Assembly (NCBI GenBank): GCA_040772485.1
Contig: JAXGYC010000015.1
Coordinates: forward strand, 26,090-90,089
DNA from: Sedimentisphaerales bacterium
GTDB lineage: Bacteria > Planctomycetota > Phycisphaerae > Sedimentisphaerales > Anaerobacaceae
DNA: 64,000 nt
Direction: 5' to 3'
The first letter of the stretch is position 1; each line of letters opens with the position of its first letter. The translations under genes and the position numbers were made by a program. The notes under the pieces were generated by a model. It did not search any database. It was given only the letters and a program-made list of their open reading frames with translations, and had not been told where the DNA came from. Shown piece after piece: positions 25,316 through 35,180 of this stretch.

Positions 25316-26227
25316 ATGATTGAGGTCGAAAGGTTGTGCAAGCGTTTCGGCACGATCGTGGCGGCGGAAGACATCAGCTTCCAGGTCGCGCAAGGGGAGA
25401 CGTTTGGCCTGCTCGGGCCCAACGGTGCAGGCAAGAGCACCACGATCAACATGCTGTGCGGCCTCGTCGCGCCCGATTCCGGATCGGTCAACCTCGATGG
25501 CCAAGCGGACCCCACCCGGGCGAGCGTCCGGCGCTCGCTGGGCGTCGTGCCGCAGAGCCTCGCTCTCTACGATGAGCTGACCGCGCAGGGCAACCTCGAG
25601 TTCTTCGGTCGCATCAACGGCCTGACAGGATCGCGGCTCAAGGAACGCGTCAAGACGTGCCTGGAGATGGCCGGCCTGACCCCACGGCGCAAGGACAGGG
25701 TCGCCACCTTCAGCGGCGGGATGAAGCGGCGGCTCAACCTCGTCTGCTCGCTCCTGCACGAGCCGAGCATCCTGCTGCTGGACGAGCCCACCGTCGGCGT
25801 AGACCCCCAGTCGCGCAATCTCATCTTCGACAGCATCGAGAAGCTCAAGTCCGAAGGCCGGACGATCATCTACACGACCCACTACATGGAAGAGGCCCAG
25901 CGCCTGTGCCGTCGAGTCGCGATCCTCGATCGTGGCAAGATGCTCGCACTGGACACCGTCGAGAACCTCATCGCCCAACACGGCGGCCCTTCGCACATTG
26001 AAGCCGAATTGGAGGATGCGCCGGCGAACCACGAAGAGCTGGCCGCACGTCTCGGCGAGCAGAGTCTTCACATCGATGGGAACACCATCCGATTCGAGAC
26101 CGCCGAGCCGATGCAAAGCCTGGCGGGTCTGAATCGAACCGCCCTGCGCTTCCGCGCGATCAAGGTCGAAACCGCCAACCTCGAAGACGTCTTCCTGAAC
26201 CTGACCGGAAGGAGGCTGCGCGACTGA
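25316..26227 (+). CDS. ABC-2 type exporter ATP-binding subunit
   Basis: GPNGAGKST, FSGGMKRR, LLLDEPT, TTHYMEEA. Confidence 0.95.
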   Translation: MIEVERLCKRFGTIVAAEDISFQVAQGETFGLLGPNGAGKSTTINMLCGLVAPDSGSVNLDGQADPTRASVRRSLGVVPQSLALYDELTAQGNLEFFGRINGLTGSRLKERVKTCLEMAGLTPRRKDRVATFSGGMKRRLNLVCSLLHEPSILLLDEPTVGVDPQSRNLIFDSIEKLKSEGRTIIYTTHYMEEAQRLCRRVAILDRGKMLALDTVENLIAQHGGPSHIEAELEDAPANHEELAARLGEQSLHIDGNTIRFETAEPMQSLAGLNRTALRFRAIKVETANLEDVFLNLTGRRLRD

Positions 26228-27495
26228 TGGGAAAGCTCCTGGCATTAGCCTGCAAGGACTTCCGCGTTCTGATCGCCGACCGGGGCAACCTGTTCTGGGT
26301 CTTCGTCTTCCCAGCGATCTTCGCCCTGCTGTTCGGGGCCGTCTATTCGGGTGCGGGCGATGGCCCTTCCGGCATGAAGGTCGCCGTCGTGGACGATGAC
26401 AACAGCACGTTCTCCCAACGCTACGTCTCGCATCTTGAAGAGGAGGAAGCCCTCGAGATCGCCCGCCTCGATCGCGAGCAGGCCCTCGAACAGGTACGCA
26501 AGGGCAACCAGGCCGCCGCGATCCTGATCCAGCCTGGTTTCGGCGAGGGTCTCGCCGCCATGTTCGACGCCAACGAGCCCAGGCTCCAGATCGCCCAGGA
26601 TCCAGGGCGGCGCATGGAGGGCGCCTACCTCCGGGGACTGCTCGCCAAGGCCCAGTTCGAAGTGATGGGCAAGCAGTTCCAGGATCGCCGGTGGATGCGA
26701 GAGCAGATGAACACCTGGCGAGCAGAAATCACCGAAGCCAACGACCTGAGCGGCGAAGACACGAGCGTGTTTCTGCGGTATTTCGACGCGCTCGATACGT
26801 TCCTCGAAGACGTCAACGACCAGACCTACAGCAGTGGGCTTGGCGACGGGCTGCTCAACATTGCGACAGTGGACGTCCAACGCGAATATGATGGGCCACG
26901 CACACCGTTCCAGATCACATTCCCCCAGGCGACGATCTTCGGCATCCTGAGCTGTGCCGCGACGTTCGCGATCTCAATCGTGCGCGAGCGAACCAGCGGC
27001 ACGTTCCGGCGCCTGTGCGTCGGCCCCATCTCCCAAGCCCACGTCCTGGCCGGCAAGGGTCTGGCCTGCGCGATGACGTGCGCGATGGTCATCGGCATGC
27101 TGACCGTGGGCGGTTCGCTGATCTTCCATGTGCCGATCGGCAGCCCGCCGCTGTTCGTTCTCGGCGCCGCCTGCACGGTGCTGTGTTTCGTCGGCCTGAT
27201 GATGTTCATCTCGACGCTGGGCAAGACCGAGCAGAGCGTCGGCGGCGCCGGCTGGGCCATCCTCATGATCATGGCCATGTTCGGCGGCGCCATGATGCCC
27301 CTGGCCTTCATGCCCTCCTGGATGCGCAACATCAGCCACTTCAGTCCGATCAAGTGGGCCATCCTCGCGATGGAGGGCGCCATCTGGCGCGACTTTCGCT
27401 TCACCGAGATGCTGGTCCCCTGCGCCGTCCTGATCGCCGTCGGCGCCGTCTTCTTCACCCTGGGCGTGTTCATGCTGCGAAAGACCCGACTCTGA
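26227..27495 (+). CDS. ABC-2 type exporter permease
   Basis: Overlaps the ATPase stop codon; N-terminal TM, extracytoplasmic loop, IVRERTSGTFRRL, five C-terminal TMs, FSPIKWA. Confidence 0.92.
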   Translation: MGKLLALACKDFRVLIADRGNLFWVFVFPAIFALLFGAVYSGAGDGPSGMKVAVVDDDNSTFSQRYVSHLEEEEALEIARLDREQALEQVRKGNQAAAILIQPGFGEGLAAMFDANEPRLQIAQDPGRRMEGAYLRGLLAKAQFEVMGKQFQDRRWMREQMNTWRAEITEANDLSGEDTSVFLRYFDALDTFLEDVNDQTYSSGLGDGLLNIATVDVQREYDGPRTPFQITFPQATIFGILSCAATFAISIVRERTSGTFRRLCVGPISQAHVLAGKGLACAMTCAMVIGMLTVGGSLIFHVPIGSPPLFVLGAACTVLCFVGLMMFISTLGKTEQSVGGAGWAILMIMAMFGGAMMPLAFMPSWMRNISHFSPIKWAILAMEGAIWRDFRFTEMLVPCAVLIAVGAVFFTLGVFMLRKTRL

Positions 27496-27564
27496 TAGGA
27501 CCGCGTCCCGTGGGGTAGATATCACGTATCTGGATGCAGTATGTTATCTTTAGGAGCGAATGCC

Positions 27565-28119
27565 ATGAGAGGGCACAGTCTTGGGCAGGGCTGCCTGGTG
27601 GCGATCCTGCTGCTGACCTCGGGCTGCTGCACGCCATTCAGTCCGCAGTGGACCCGCCACGAGATCGAGCGGCAGACCGGCGCGGCGCCGCGCGATTCGT
27701 TCGAGTTCCAGCTCGACGGGGCGACAATGAACCTCGCGAAGCTGGCCGCCTCACGAGCCGGCGGCGAAGGCGGCTACCTCGCGGGCCTGACGCGGATCGA
27801 TCTGGCGGTCTTCGAGCTGCCGTCCGGCGAACCATTGGACCTCGACCGCATGCCTCGCAAGGGCTGGGACAGAATCCTCCAGGCGCGGGAAGGCCCGTTC
27901 AATCTTCTGGTCCTGGTGCGCTCCGGCGGACGCTCGCTGCGCGACCTGGCCGTCTTCGCGCAGGGCGAGAATCAACTGCTCTACGGACGCCAGAAGGGTA
28001 GCCTGGCGCCCGGTCTGCCGTCCACGCTCCAGAGCGTGCTGCGGACCGCGGGCCTCGCGGGCCTCAAGGAGCACCTGCTCTCCGCGGCGCAGAACAGCCA
28101 GCCGCCTCCGTCCCCCTGA
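27565..28119 (+). CDS. Lipoprotein, DUF4252-like
   Basis: AGGAG upstream; LLLTSG-C lipobox; domain family assigned by resemblance only. Confidence 0.55.
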   Translation: MRGHSLGQGCLVAILLLTSGCCTPFSPQWTRHEIERQTGAAPRDSFEFQLDGATMNLAKLAASRAGGEGGYLAGLTRIDLAVFELPSGEPLDLDRMPRKGWDRILQAREGPFNLLVLVRSGGRSLRDLAVFAQGENQLLYGRQKGSLAPGLPSTLQSVLRTAGLAGLKEHLLSAAQNSQPPPSP

Positions 28120-28239
28120 TTGCCACCATCTCATTCCCAGCGGAGGGCGTGGAGTTCTTCTTCGCTGCGGATGAACTTGATGGCGCCGTCGGCCGCCGAT
28201 GGAACCGCCGCACCGCCGGCTTAGACCACGTCGCGGCGG

Positions 28240-29631
28240 TCAGTCGACGCCGTCGTCGGAGTCTTCGTCGGGCTCGTCGACCTTGTTGAGCGGACAGGTC
28301 CACAGGTAGACTGTGTGACTGATGTAGACGCCGTCGCTGGTGACCTGCACCACCTGGTCGGGCTTGACGCCGCGCATGTCGAAATCGTGCGAGACGATGC
28401 GCGAGCCGGGCCTGAGCTTGTCCAACTGGGGGATCAGCTTGACGTTCAGGCTGGGCAGCAAGTACAGCGTCACGACGTCGGCCTTGCTCAGATCGAGCGT
28501 GAAGATGTCCTTCTGCTCGATGGTGACGAGGTGACCGACGCCTTCCTTGGCGACGTTGTCGAGCGATTCGGCGACGCGCTGCGGGTCGATGTCATAGCCA
28601 TAGGCCTTGCAGCCGAAGCGTTTGGCGGCGGTCACGACGATGCGCCCATCGCCACAGCCGAGATCGTAGACAACGTCGCCGGGCTTGACCTGGGCCAGTT
28701 CCAGCATCTTGTCGACGACGACCATCGGCGTGGGCACATAGACGACGTCGGGCTTGCGATTGGGTACGGCGGGCGGACGTGTGTCGATCTTCGTCAGCGA
28801 AATTCCGTCCAGCGCTGGCTCGATCTTGCCCAGGTCCAGTCCGAACGCCTCCAGGATCGTCGGCGCGACATCCTGGCGGCGTCCATCGCGGTAGACCGCC
28901 CGGTTGTCGGTCGCCAGGAACAGCGGCGGTGCGCCCTCGGCCTGGCCCCGGCGGTAGTTCAGGCCGGTGGTGACGTAGAACTGCGTCTTGTCGGCCAGCC
29001 CGAGCGACTGGAGCTTGTCGGCGATCTGCCCGGTCCAGCGGTCGAACCAGACCAGAGGTTCGCCGTTCTGCTGAGCATTCGTGCCGGAGGCGGTGGCATC
29101 GCGGGCCAGGTGTACGAAGAGGAAGAAGGGCCGGTCCTTGTACTTATCGAGCAACTCGACGGCACGGGCGCCGATCGTCTCGTCGCGTGGCAGGCCGTCA
29201 GCCCAGACGTCCGGGACCGCCGGACGCATCGCGGCGGCAGCGCGCTGCCCGGCGATGAGCGCGAGGGTGACGAACTTGTCGGCACCAAAATGACTCTCCA
29301 GGCGGTCGAATACGGTGGCGCCCTTCGCGACCGGCGGTTGGTCGCTTTCGGAGGCGACCTGCCTGGGCAGATAGCCGGCCAGCAGTTGCGTCCAGGCCGC
29401 GTCGCCGTTGCCGGCCCCCTCGACGTCGATCCTGACGTAGACGCCGCGATCGATGAGCTTTTGCAGGTTGGGCAGCTCCTTCTGCGCCAGAGCCCGATCG
29501 ACGCGCTCGCGTGCGGCCCCGTCCCAGTCGATGAGAACGACGTTTCGCGGCGGCGCAGCAAGGACCAGCCCCGGCGAAAGAACCGTCAGCAGACTCACGA
29601 ACAACGACAGACGTACCATCGTGCTTCGCAT
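28240..29631 (-). CDS. Secreted fusion: alkaline-phosphatase-fold domain + class I SAM-dependent methyltransferase
   Basis: GAGGAG RBS before ATG 29631; signal peptide; NVVLIDWDG and QDVAPTILEAFG (AlkP superfamily); PDVVYVPTP, VVYDLGCGDGRIV, RIVSHDF (MTase). Confidence 0.8.
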   Translation of the reverse strand: MRSTMVRLSLFVSLLTVLSPGLVLAAPPRNVVLIDWDGAARERVDRALAQKELPNLQKLIDRGVYVRIDVEGAGNGDAAWTQLLAGYLPRQVASESDQPPVAKGATVFDRLESHFGADKFVTLALIAGQRAAAAMRPAVPDVWADGLPRDETIGARAVELLDKYKDRPFFLFVHLARDATASGTNAQQNGEPLVWFDRWTGQIADKLQSLGLADKTQFYVTTGLNYRRGQAEGAPPLFLATDNRAVYRDGRRQDVAPTILEAFGLDLGKIEPALDGISLTKIDTRPPAVPNRKPDVVYVPTPMVVVDKMLELAQVKPGDVVYDLGCGDGRIVVTAAKRFGCKAYGYDIDPQRVAESLDNVAKEGVGHLVTIEQKDIFTLDLSKADVVTLYLLPSLNVKLIPQLDKLRPGSRIVSHDFDMRGVKPDQVVQVTSDGVYISHTVYLWTCPLNKVDEPDEDSDDGVD

Positions 29632-29677
29632 AGCCAACTCCTCTCAAAGAGACCCTGCCTTGCAGCGACACCATCCC

Positions 29678-29705
29678 GTAGGGGCGAATAATCATTCGCC
29701 CCTAC
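29678..29705. repeat. REP family A copy
   Basis: gtaggggcgaataatcattcgcccctac followed by aggctaccaccc. Confidence 0.9.
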
Positions 29706-29815
29706 AGGCTACCACCCGGCGAATCCGGGCGCTGTAGCCTTTCACGCTACCCAGCGCAGGTCTGCGCCGTCAATAGGGAAAACGCCGCACGGTGGCCCGT
29801 TGAGGGACCGGTCAG

Positions 29816-29843
29816 GCAGGGGCGAATAATCCTTCGCCCCTTC
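29816..29843. repeat. REP family A copy (degenerate)
   Basis: gcaggggcgaataatccttcgccccttc. Confidence 0.75.
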
Positions 29844-29897
29844 GGGCAGATCGGTTTGCAGTGTGTCCGCAAGGACACAGAACGCCTCACGGCGTCA

Positions 29898-31166
29898 CTA
29901 CGAGCGGCCCTGGAAGCAGCAGGCCCGCTCGTAGTAGTGCAGCACCGCCGAATCGTTGAAGGCGGCCAGGCCGCGTGCGTTGCGCAGGCGCACGCCGTCG
30001 AGGGTCCGCGTCCGCGAGAGGGCCACGTACACGTGGCCGGGAACGAAATTGACGTGCGAGCCATCGATATTGACGACGTCGAGCGTCATGCCCTGGGCCT
30101 TGTGGACCGTCAGCGCGTAGGCCGGCACGATGGGGTATTGCACGACCGTGAACTTGACTTCCTCCTTGTCTTTGCGGGAGTCCCAAACCAGCTCCTGGAA
30201 CTCCAGGGGATTGACCCGGCGGGTGGCGAGCCCGTTGCGGTCGAACTCGACGTCAATCCAGTACGGCATCTCGGTGCCCGGCTCGCACTCGGTGCAGATG
30301 TCGACGACGGTGCCCAAGTCGCCGTTGACCAGGTCCTCGTGATTCTGGATGCACAGGACCCGCATTTGCTTTTTGACCTGGAGGGTGGCCTTGGCCCGCG
30401 TGTGGCCCTGGAGCCACTGGGCCGCCTCCTCGCGGTCGCCTTTCTTGACCTGGCAGGCGCTATAGACCGACGGGGCGTCGATCTGGTCGATCCGTCTCTG
30501 GTTGTGGGCGTCCGCCTGGCGGTTGGTGCCGAAGAGAACGGGGTATTCGGGGTCGAACTCGCGCTGCGTGCGTTCCAGGACGGCGGCATCGACCCGGCCA
30601 TGGCGGAGGTCCTTCAAGAATTCGATGAAGTGCGGCTCGGCCTGCCGCAGCACCGTTTGCAGGTCGATCAACTCGAAATCGGCGAACGAGGTGCTGTAGA
30701 ACGCGAAGTCGGGCAGCCCCTCCTCGTTGCGCGGCACGGGCGGAAGCTGGAAGAAATCGCCCACCACCAGAATGCCGGTTTCCGGTTCGACGCGTTCGAG
30801 GAAGCGGTCGAAGGTGACGCGGTCGACCATGCTGATCTCGTCGACGATGATGACGGCGGCGCGTCCGAGCTTGCGGCGTCCCCACTCTCTCCTGCGATTG
30901 GAGTCGGGCATCTCGACGCGGGGCAGCGAGGCGACGGCGTGGAGGGTGGAAGGACCCTGGCAGTAGTGCGAGTTGTGGATGCCCGTCTCGTCGCGCAACT
31001 GGCAGGCGGCGATGCCCGTCGAGGCCGCCAGGACGACGTGCTTGCTGCGCTGCACGAGCTGGTTGGCGATCCGCCGGACCAGCGTGGTCTTGCCCGTGCC
31101 CGCGCCGCCGGAAAGAAAAATCCGCCGGCCCGACAGAAGCCCCTCGACCACGTCCGACAGCAGCAT
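29898..31166 (-). CDS. PIF1/RecD-like SF1B DNA helicase
   Basis: GGAGTGKT, LAASTGIAA, IVDEISM, GDFFQLPPV, RQAE, YALTVHKAQGMTL, VYVALSR. Start placed at 31166; track start 31307 overlaps the neighbouring gene. Confidence 0.9.
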   Translation of the reverse strand: MLLSDVVEGLLSGRRIFLSGGAGTGKTTLVRRIANQLVQRSKHVVLAASTGIAACQLRDETGIHNSHYCQGPSTLHAVASLPRVEMPDSNRRREWGRRKLGRAAVIIVDEISMVDRVTFDRFLERVEPETGILVVGDFFQLPPVPRNEEGLPDFAFYSTSFADFELIDLQTVLRQAEPHFIEFLKDLRHGRVDAAVLERTQREFDPEYPVLFGTNRQADAHNQRRIDQIDAPSVYSACQVKKGDREEAAQWLQGHTRAKATLQVKKQMRVLCIQNHEDLVNGDLGTVVDICTECEPGTEMPYWIDVEFDRNGLATRRVNPLEFQELVWDSRKDKEEVKFTVVQYPIVPAYALTVHKAQGMTLDVVNIDGSHVNFVPGHVYVALSRTRTLDGVRLRNARGLAAFNDSAVLHYYERACCFQGRS

Positions 31167-31293
31167 CGCGTTCCGCGCATCGTGATACGGATACGGCTGC
31201 GGCAACACGCTCGGCGTCGCCTCATCTCTGTCGGACTTCTTCGCAGACCTGCTCAAAACCCATGCTCCTCCATTCGGATGCGCGGTGCCGTTG

Positions 31294-32304
31294 TCACATT
31301 CCTTCAAGGCAGAATCGGCCCTGGTCCATGAGCGTCCGGCCGTCGAGGTAGATGCTCGGCGCGATGATCACGCCGTCGACGTGCGCAGCGCTGTCCCACG
31401 TGGCGCCCGTCTTGGCGGGATAGGGACTGCCGAACGCGATGTGCACGCCCGGAAACTTCTCGTCCTGGAGCAGGTTGTAGATCAGTTTGGTCAGGCCGGT
31501 GTTGGTGCCGATGGCGAACTCGCCCACGCGGCTGCTGTTGGCGTCGGTCTCGAAGACGTAGGCGTCCAGCTCCCGCCGCAGTTGCTCGTTGTCGCAACGC
31601 AGGCTCCCGCGGACCGCGCAGCCGTCGCGAACGTCCACGGTGACGGGCGTCTCGGCCAGCGACGCATACCGCTCGGTGAAGTAGTCGCCCAGGCAGCCGT
31701 CGATCACGACGCGCCCGTCGACCGACGCCGGCGCGGTGAACACCTCGCCGTCGGGAAGATTCGTCCAGTGCCGGGGGCGGATGTCCCCGTCGCTGATGAT
31801 CCATTTCAAGCTGGGGCTGAACCGGGCCGTGAAATCGCATCCTTTGGCGGTCACGACGCGAATCGCCCTGGCGGCGTGGACGATCTCGTAGACCTGTTTG
31901 CTGATCTTCTGGATCTCGACGTAGTCGCTGCACATGCCGTCGGTCATGATCTGCGTCGTGATGCCGATCATGTGCGCGTGACGCAGCTTCGGGTTCGCGT
32001 CGACCGCTTTGAGCATGGGCTTTCGGAAGGTCTGGAGTTCGCCTTCGGCGCCCTGGGCGGCGTAGATGCTCACGTCGGCGTTCCGCAGGGCCTCTGCGAT
32101 GATGGAGGGAAACGCGACGGGCCGGGTCCCGAAGTCTTCCATCAGAAAGAACTGGACGCTGCCGACGATCTTCTCGGCCGCGACGCGCAGCGCCTCGCCG
32201 ATCGCAAGCGTCGGGCGATCGGTGATGACAACGACACGCTCGCCCGGCCGGATCCGCAGGCAGTTGTCGATCACCTGCCGAACACCCTGTTCGATAGTTC
32301 CCAT
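31294..32304 (-). CDS. Aminopeptidase, peptidase M29 (thermophilic metalloprotease) family
   Basis: NLPDGEVFTAP, GRVVIDG, VGEFAIGTN, LQDEKFPGVHIAFG, HVD motifs. Confidence 0.88.
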   Translation of the reverse strand: MGTIEQGVRQVIDNCLRIRPGERVVVITDRPTLAIGEALRVAAEKIVGSVQFFLMEDFGTRPVAFPSIIAEALRNADVSIYAAQGAEGELQTFRKPMLKAVDANPKLRHAHMIGITTQIMTDGMCSDYVEIQKISKQVYEIVHAARAIRVVTAKGCDFTARFSPSLKWIISDGDIRPRHWTNLPDGEVFTAPASVDGRVVIDGCLGDYFTERYASLAETPVTVDVRDGCAVRGSLRCDNEQLRRELDAYVFETDANSSRVGEFAIGTNTGLTKLIYNLLQDEKFPGVHIAFGSPYPAKTGATWDSAAHVDGVIIAPSIYLDGRTLMDQGRFCLEGM

Positions 32305-32345
32305 GGTGCAGCTCTCCTCGGACTCCACGTTTCCGATTGCGGATT

Positions 32346-32451
32346 CAAAAGAAGATCAAATATCAAAAAGCAAAGATCAGAATAGCGGAATCGCCGCAAC
32401 GCGGCGATGACTTCCTCAATTTTGCATCTTGCTCTTTGATCTTTGCATTCC
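32346..32451. repeat. AAAGATCAAA / TTTGATCTTTG inverted tract
   Basis: aagatcaaatatcaaaaagcaaagatcag ... ttttgcatcttgctctttgatctttgc around a central atcgccgc/gcggcgat hairpin. Confidence 0.65.
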
Positions 32452-32463
32452 CACAAGATGCTT

Positions 32464-33585
32464 CTACCGTCCGGTCAGGCGGCGAATCAACGTCACTTCC
32501 TGCGCATCGTAGGGCGTGCCGTCGGGCCGGAAGATATCGTGGAACCAGACGGGCGGCTCGGCGCTGTACGTCTTCGTCCACGAATCCCACGGGTAGATCG
32601 TCTGCGTCTTGCCGGCGACGAAGCCCCAGTTGTAGGCGCCGATCCGCTGCTGCTGGAGGTACGGCAGGATGTCGGCGAACGTGCTGCCGGCGGGACGCGC
32701 CATGTACTCGGTGCAGAGGATGGGCCGGCCGTAACGCCGCAGCGACTCGACGCGGGCCTTCATCTCGTCCGGATTCCCGTAGCAGTGGAACGTGATGATG
32801 TCCGACTGCTCGAGCATGAAGCGGTTCACCTCGCTGAGCTTCTCGTCGCTCGACCAGTCGCCCGCCCAGACCGCGGCGGTGATCGGCTGCGTCGGCCTCG
32901 CCGCCCGGGCCCAGGCGAACGCCTTCCTGAGCAGCATCAACGACAGCTCGGCCTTGTTCTCGGGCTCGAACTTCACGTAGGCGGGATCGTTGCGGTTGTC
33001 GGGCTCATTGAACAGGTCCCACGCATGGATGCGCCGGTCCTTTCGGAAGTGGCCGATGACGCCCTTGACGTAGCCCTTCAGCTCATCGTGCCGGGCCGGA
33101 TCGCGGAGAACCTCGACGCCGGGACTCTGGACCCATCCGGAGTTGTGGATGTGAGGGATCGGCTCCGGCTGCGGCCCGACCTGCGGATAGGGGTCCCAGC
33201 AGGCGTCGAGAAGCACGAACACCACGCCGATGTCGTGGCGCTCGGCGATGTCGAGGAATTCCTCCATGCGATGGAGCAGGCCGCGCGCGTGCTGCTCCCA
33301 GAGCAGATGGTGCAGATAGACCCGAACGCTGTTGAAGCCGAGCTTCTGCGCCCAGGCTAGCTCCCGGTCGATGGTCTGCGGGTCCCACGTGTCGCGCTGC
33401 CACATTTCGAGCTGATTGATCGCGGTGCTGGGCGTGAAGTTGCAGCCGACCAGCCACGGAATCCCGGCGTACCAGGTGTTGGCCTGCTCGGCCGACCATC
33501 GCTCCGACGGCTTGGAGGACAGCGAGGCGCAGCCGGCGGCGAACAACGTTGACGCCAGGAGAATCAGTCCCATATGACACTTCAT
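32464..33585 (-). CDS. Lipoprotein glycoside hydrolase, clan GH-A (GH5-like)
   Basis: LFAAG-C lipobox; WDLFNEPDN (acid/base), ILCTEYMAR (nucleophile), WGFVAGKTQT. Confidence 0.85.
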   Translation of the reverse strand: MKCHMGLILLASTLFAAGCASLSSKPSERWSAEQANTWYAGIPWLVGCNFTPSTAINQLEMWQRDTWDPQTIDRELAWAQKLGFNSVRVYLHHLLWEQHARGLLHRMEEFLDIAERHDIGVVFVLLDACWDPYPQVGPQPEPIPHIHNSGWVQSPGVEVLRDPARHDELKGYVKGVIGHFRKDRRIHAWDLFNEPDNRNDPAYVKFEPENKAELSLMLLRKAFAWARAARPTQPITAAVWAGDWSSDEKLSEVNRFMLEQSDIITFHCYGNPDEMKARVESLRRYGRPILCTEYMARPAGSTFADILPYLQQQRIGAYNWGFVAGKTQTIYPWDSWTKTYSAEPPVWFHDIFRPDGTPYDAQEVTLIRRLTGR

Positions 33586-33617
33586 GATCTTGCCTTCCCA
33601 AAAGTCACTGCGGCGCT

Positions 33618-35153
33618 CTACGCGGGTCGGTAGGAAAACCGGCCGAAGCGCGCCTCGCCCTGCCCCGAGGCGAACATCGCCACGCGGAGCGCATCGAACC
33701 CGCCGAAAACGTTGTGATGATAGCCCGAGGTGTCCCACGATCTCTCGAACTTGGTCCACCGCCCGTCCGACGCGCGAAAGTACATCGCAACGTCGTGGTG
33801 GTCGTTGACCAGGCGAAGCGCGCAGCGCCCGCCTGGCGCCGCCGGCGAAGGGATCGTCCCGACGGGCCGGCCCAACGCGTAGGCGCTCACGCCCTTGGCG
33901 CCGAGCGAGACGCCGGCGTAGCATTGCGGGCTGTAGAACAGCAGCAAACCCGCTTCGGCACCCTTGTCGACGGCAACCTCGACCTCAGCAACATAGGCGT
34001 GATCGCCCACCTTGCACGTCACGAGGCGTCCTTCACCCGGCGTAGCGCCCTTGGCCTCCAGGTGGAGCTGCCGGTCGGCCAGTCGATAGTGTCCCGAGGG
34101 GTTCTCGCCCCAGAACTGCCAGTGGACACCCAGTTCGCGCGACGAGAAGTCGTCGGAGCGTTCGATGCGGACGCCCTGCGCCGGGCCGTTCGGTCGCGGA
34201 ATCGGCACAGCTCGGTCGATCCCCGGGCGGACGCGGAACCATCCATCCGGCGTCCATTCCAGAGGCTCCATCATCGTGTGACGGCCGAGCGTGTAGTAGC
34301 CGTTCTCGTAGGCGTGGTAGATCAGCCACCAGGAGCCGTCCGGGGCCTCGACGGCGGTCGCGTGTCCGCACGACCACCATTTCTCTTCGCGGCTGGCGGT
34401 GTGGACGATCGGGTTGTACGGCGAGTATTCCCAAGGCCCGATCGGCGTTCGCGAGCGGGCGTGCACGGTCATGTGTCCGGTCGGCGGTCCGGCGGTGCCG
34501 CCCTGGGCGACCAGGAGGTGGTAGTATCCATCGCGATAGAAGAGTTTTGGAGATTCCAGACAGACACACTCGATGTGCCAGTCCTCGGGGATCGGCCAGG
34601 GCTCGAACACCTTGCGAAGCGGCCCGGCGGTGGACAATCCATCGGGGGCCAGTTCGACCGCGTAGCCGCCGGAGACGTGCAGATAGCGCTGCCCTTGTGG
34701 CGTGGCGATGTGACCGGGGTCGATGTGCGGCAGATCGAGCTTGTGCGGCCGGCTCCACGGACCCTCGATCCGGTCGGCGACGATCGCGTGGTTGCCGCCG
34801 GCGGTTTCGTAGTAGATGTAGAAACGGCCTTGGTAGCTCGTCAGCTCCGGTGCCGAGATCGACCCGCCGTATTCGTGCAGCGCCGAACGCACCGGCTCCC
34901 AGTCCACGAGGTTGCGCGAGCGCCAGATCAGGAACGCCGGACACCAGTTGCCGCCGCAATGGGTCATGTAATACGCGTCGCCCACGCGAACGACGGTCGG
35001 GTCGGGGTAATCCCCTCGCAGGATCGAATTCGTGTAGCTGCCGGGACGACCCTCGTTCGCGCAAATCCGGCGCAGCCCGCGCGGCGTCAGCCCCAAGCCC
35101 GCCGTGACACCCACGGTCCCGAGGAAATGACGCCGGCTGAGAACCCTATTCAT
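33618..35153 (-). CDS. Tat-exported GH43 beta-xylosidase/arabinofuranosidase
   Basis: SRRHFL signal; GDYPDPTVVR, IDPGH, CLESPKL, GHATAV, C-terminal ConA-like domain after RSDDF. Confidence 0.92.
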   Translation of the reverse strand: MNRVLSRRHFLGTVGVTAGLGLTPRGLRRICANEGRPGSYTNSILRGDYPDPTVVRVGDAYYMTHCGGNWCPAFLIWRSRNLVDWEPVRSALHEYGGSISAPELTSYQGRFYIYYETAGGNHAIVADRIEGPWSRPHKLDLPHIDPGHIATPQGQRYLHVSGGYAVELAPDGLSTAGPLRKVFEPWPIPEDWHIECVCLESPKLFYRDGYYHLLVAQGGTAGPPTGHMTVHARSRTPIGPWEYSPYNPIVHTASREEKWWSCGHATAVEAPDGSWWLIYHAYENGYYTLGRHTMMEPLEWTPDGWFRVRPGIDRAVPIPRPNGPAQGVRIERSDDFSSRELGVHWQFWGENPSGHYRLADRQLHLEAKGATPGEGRLVTCKVGDHAYVAEVEVAVDKGAEAGLLLFYSPQCYAGVSLGAKGVSAYALGRPVGTIPSPAAPGGRCALRLVNDHHDVAMYFRASDGRWTKFERSWDTSGYHHNVFGGFDALRVAMFASGQGEARFGRFSYRPA

Positions 35154-35180
35154 AGAACCTGCTCCGAGATCGACCCGATG

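Noticed and set aside
25226-28119. ABC-2 exporter as part of a novel system
   Set aside because: Ordinary NodI/NodJ-type exporter with a small lipoprotein; no substrate clue or unusual architecture.
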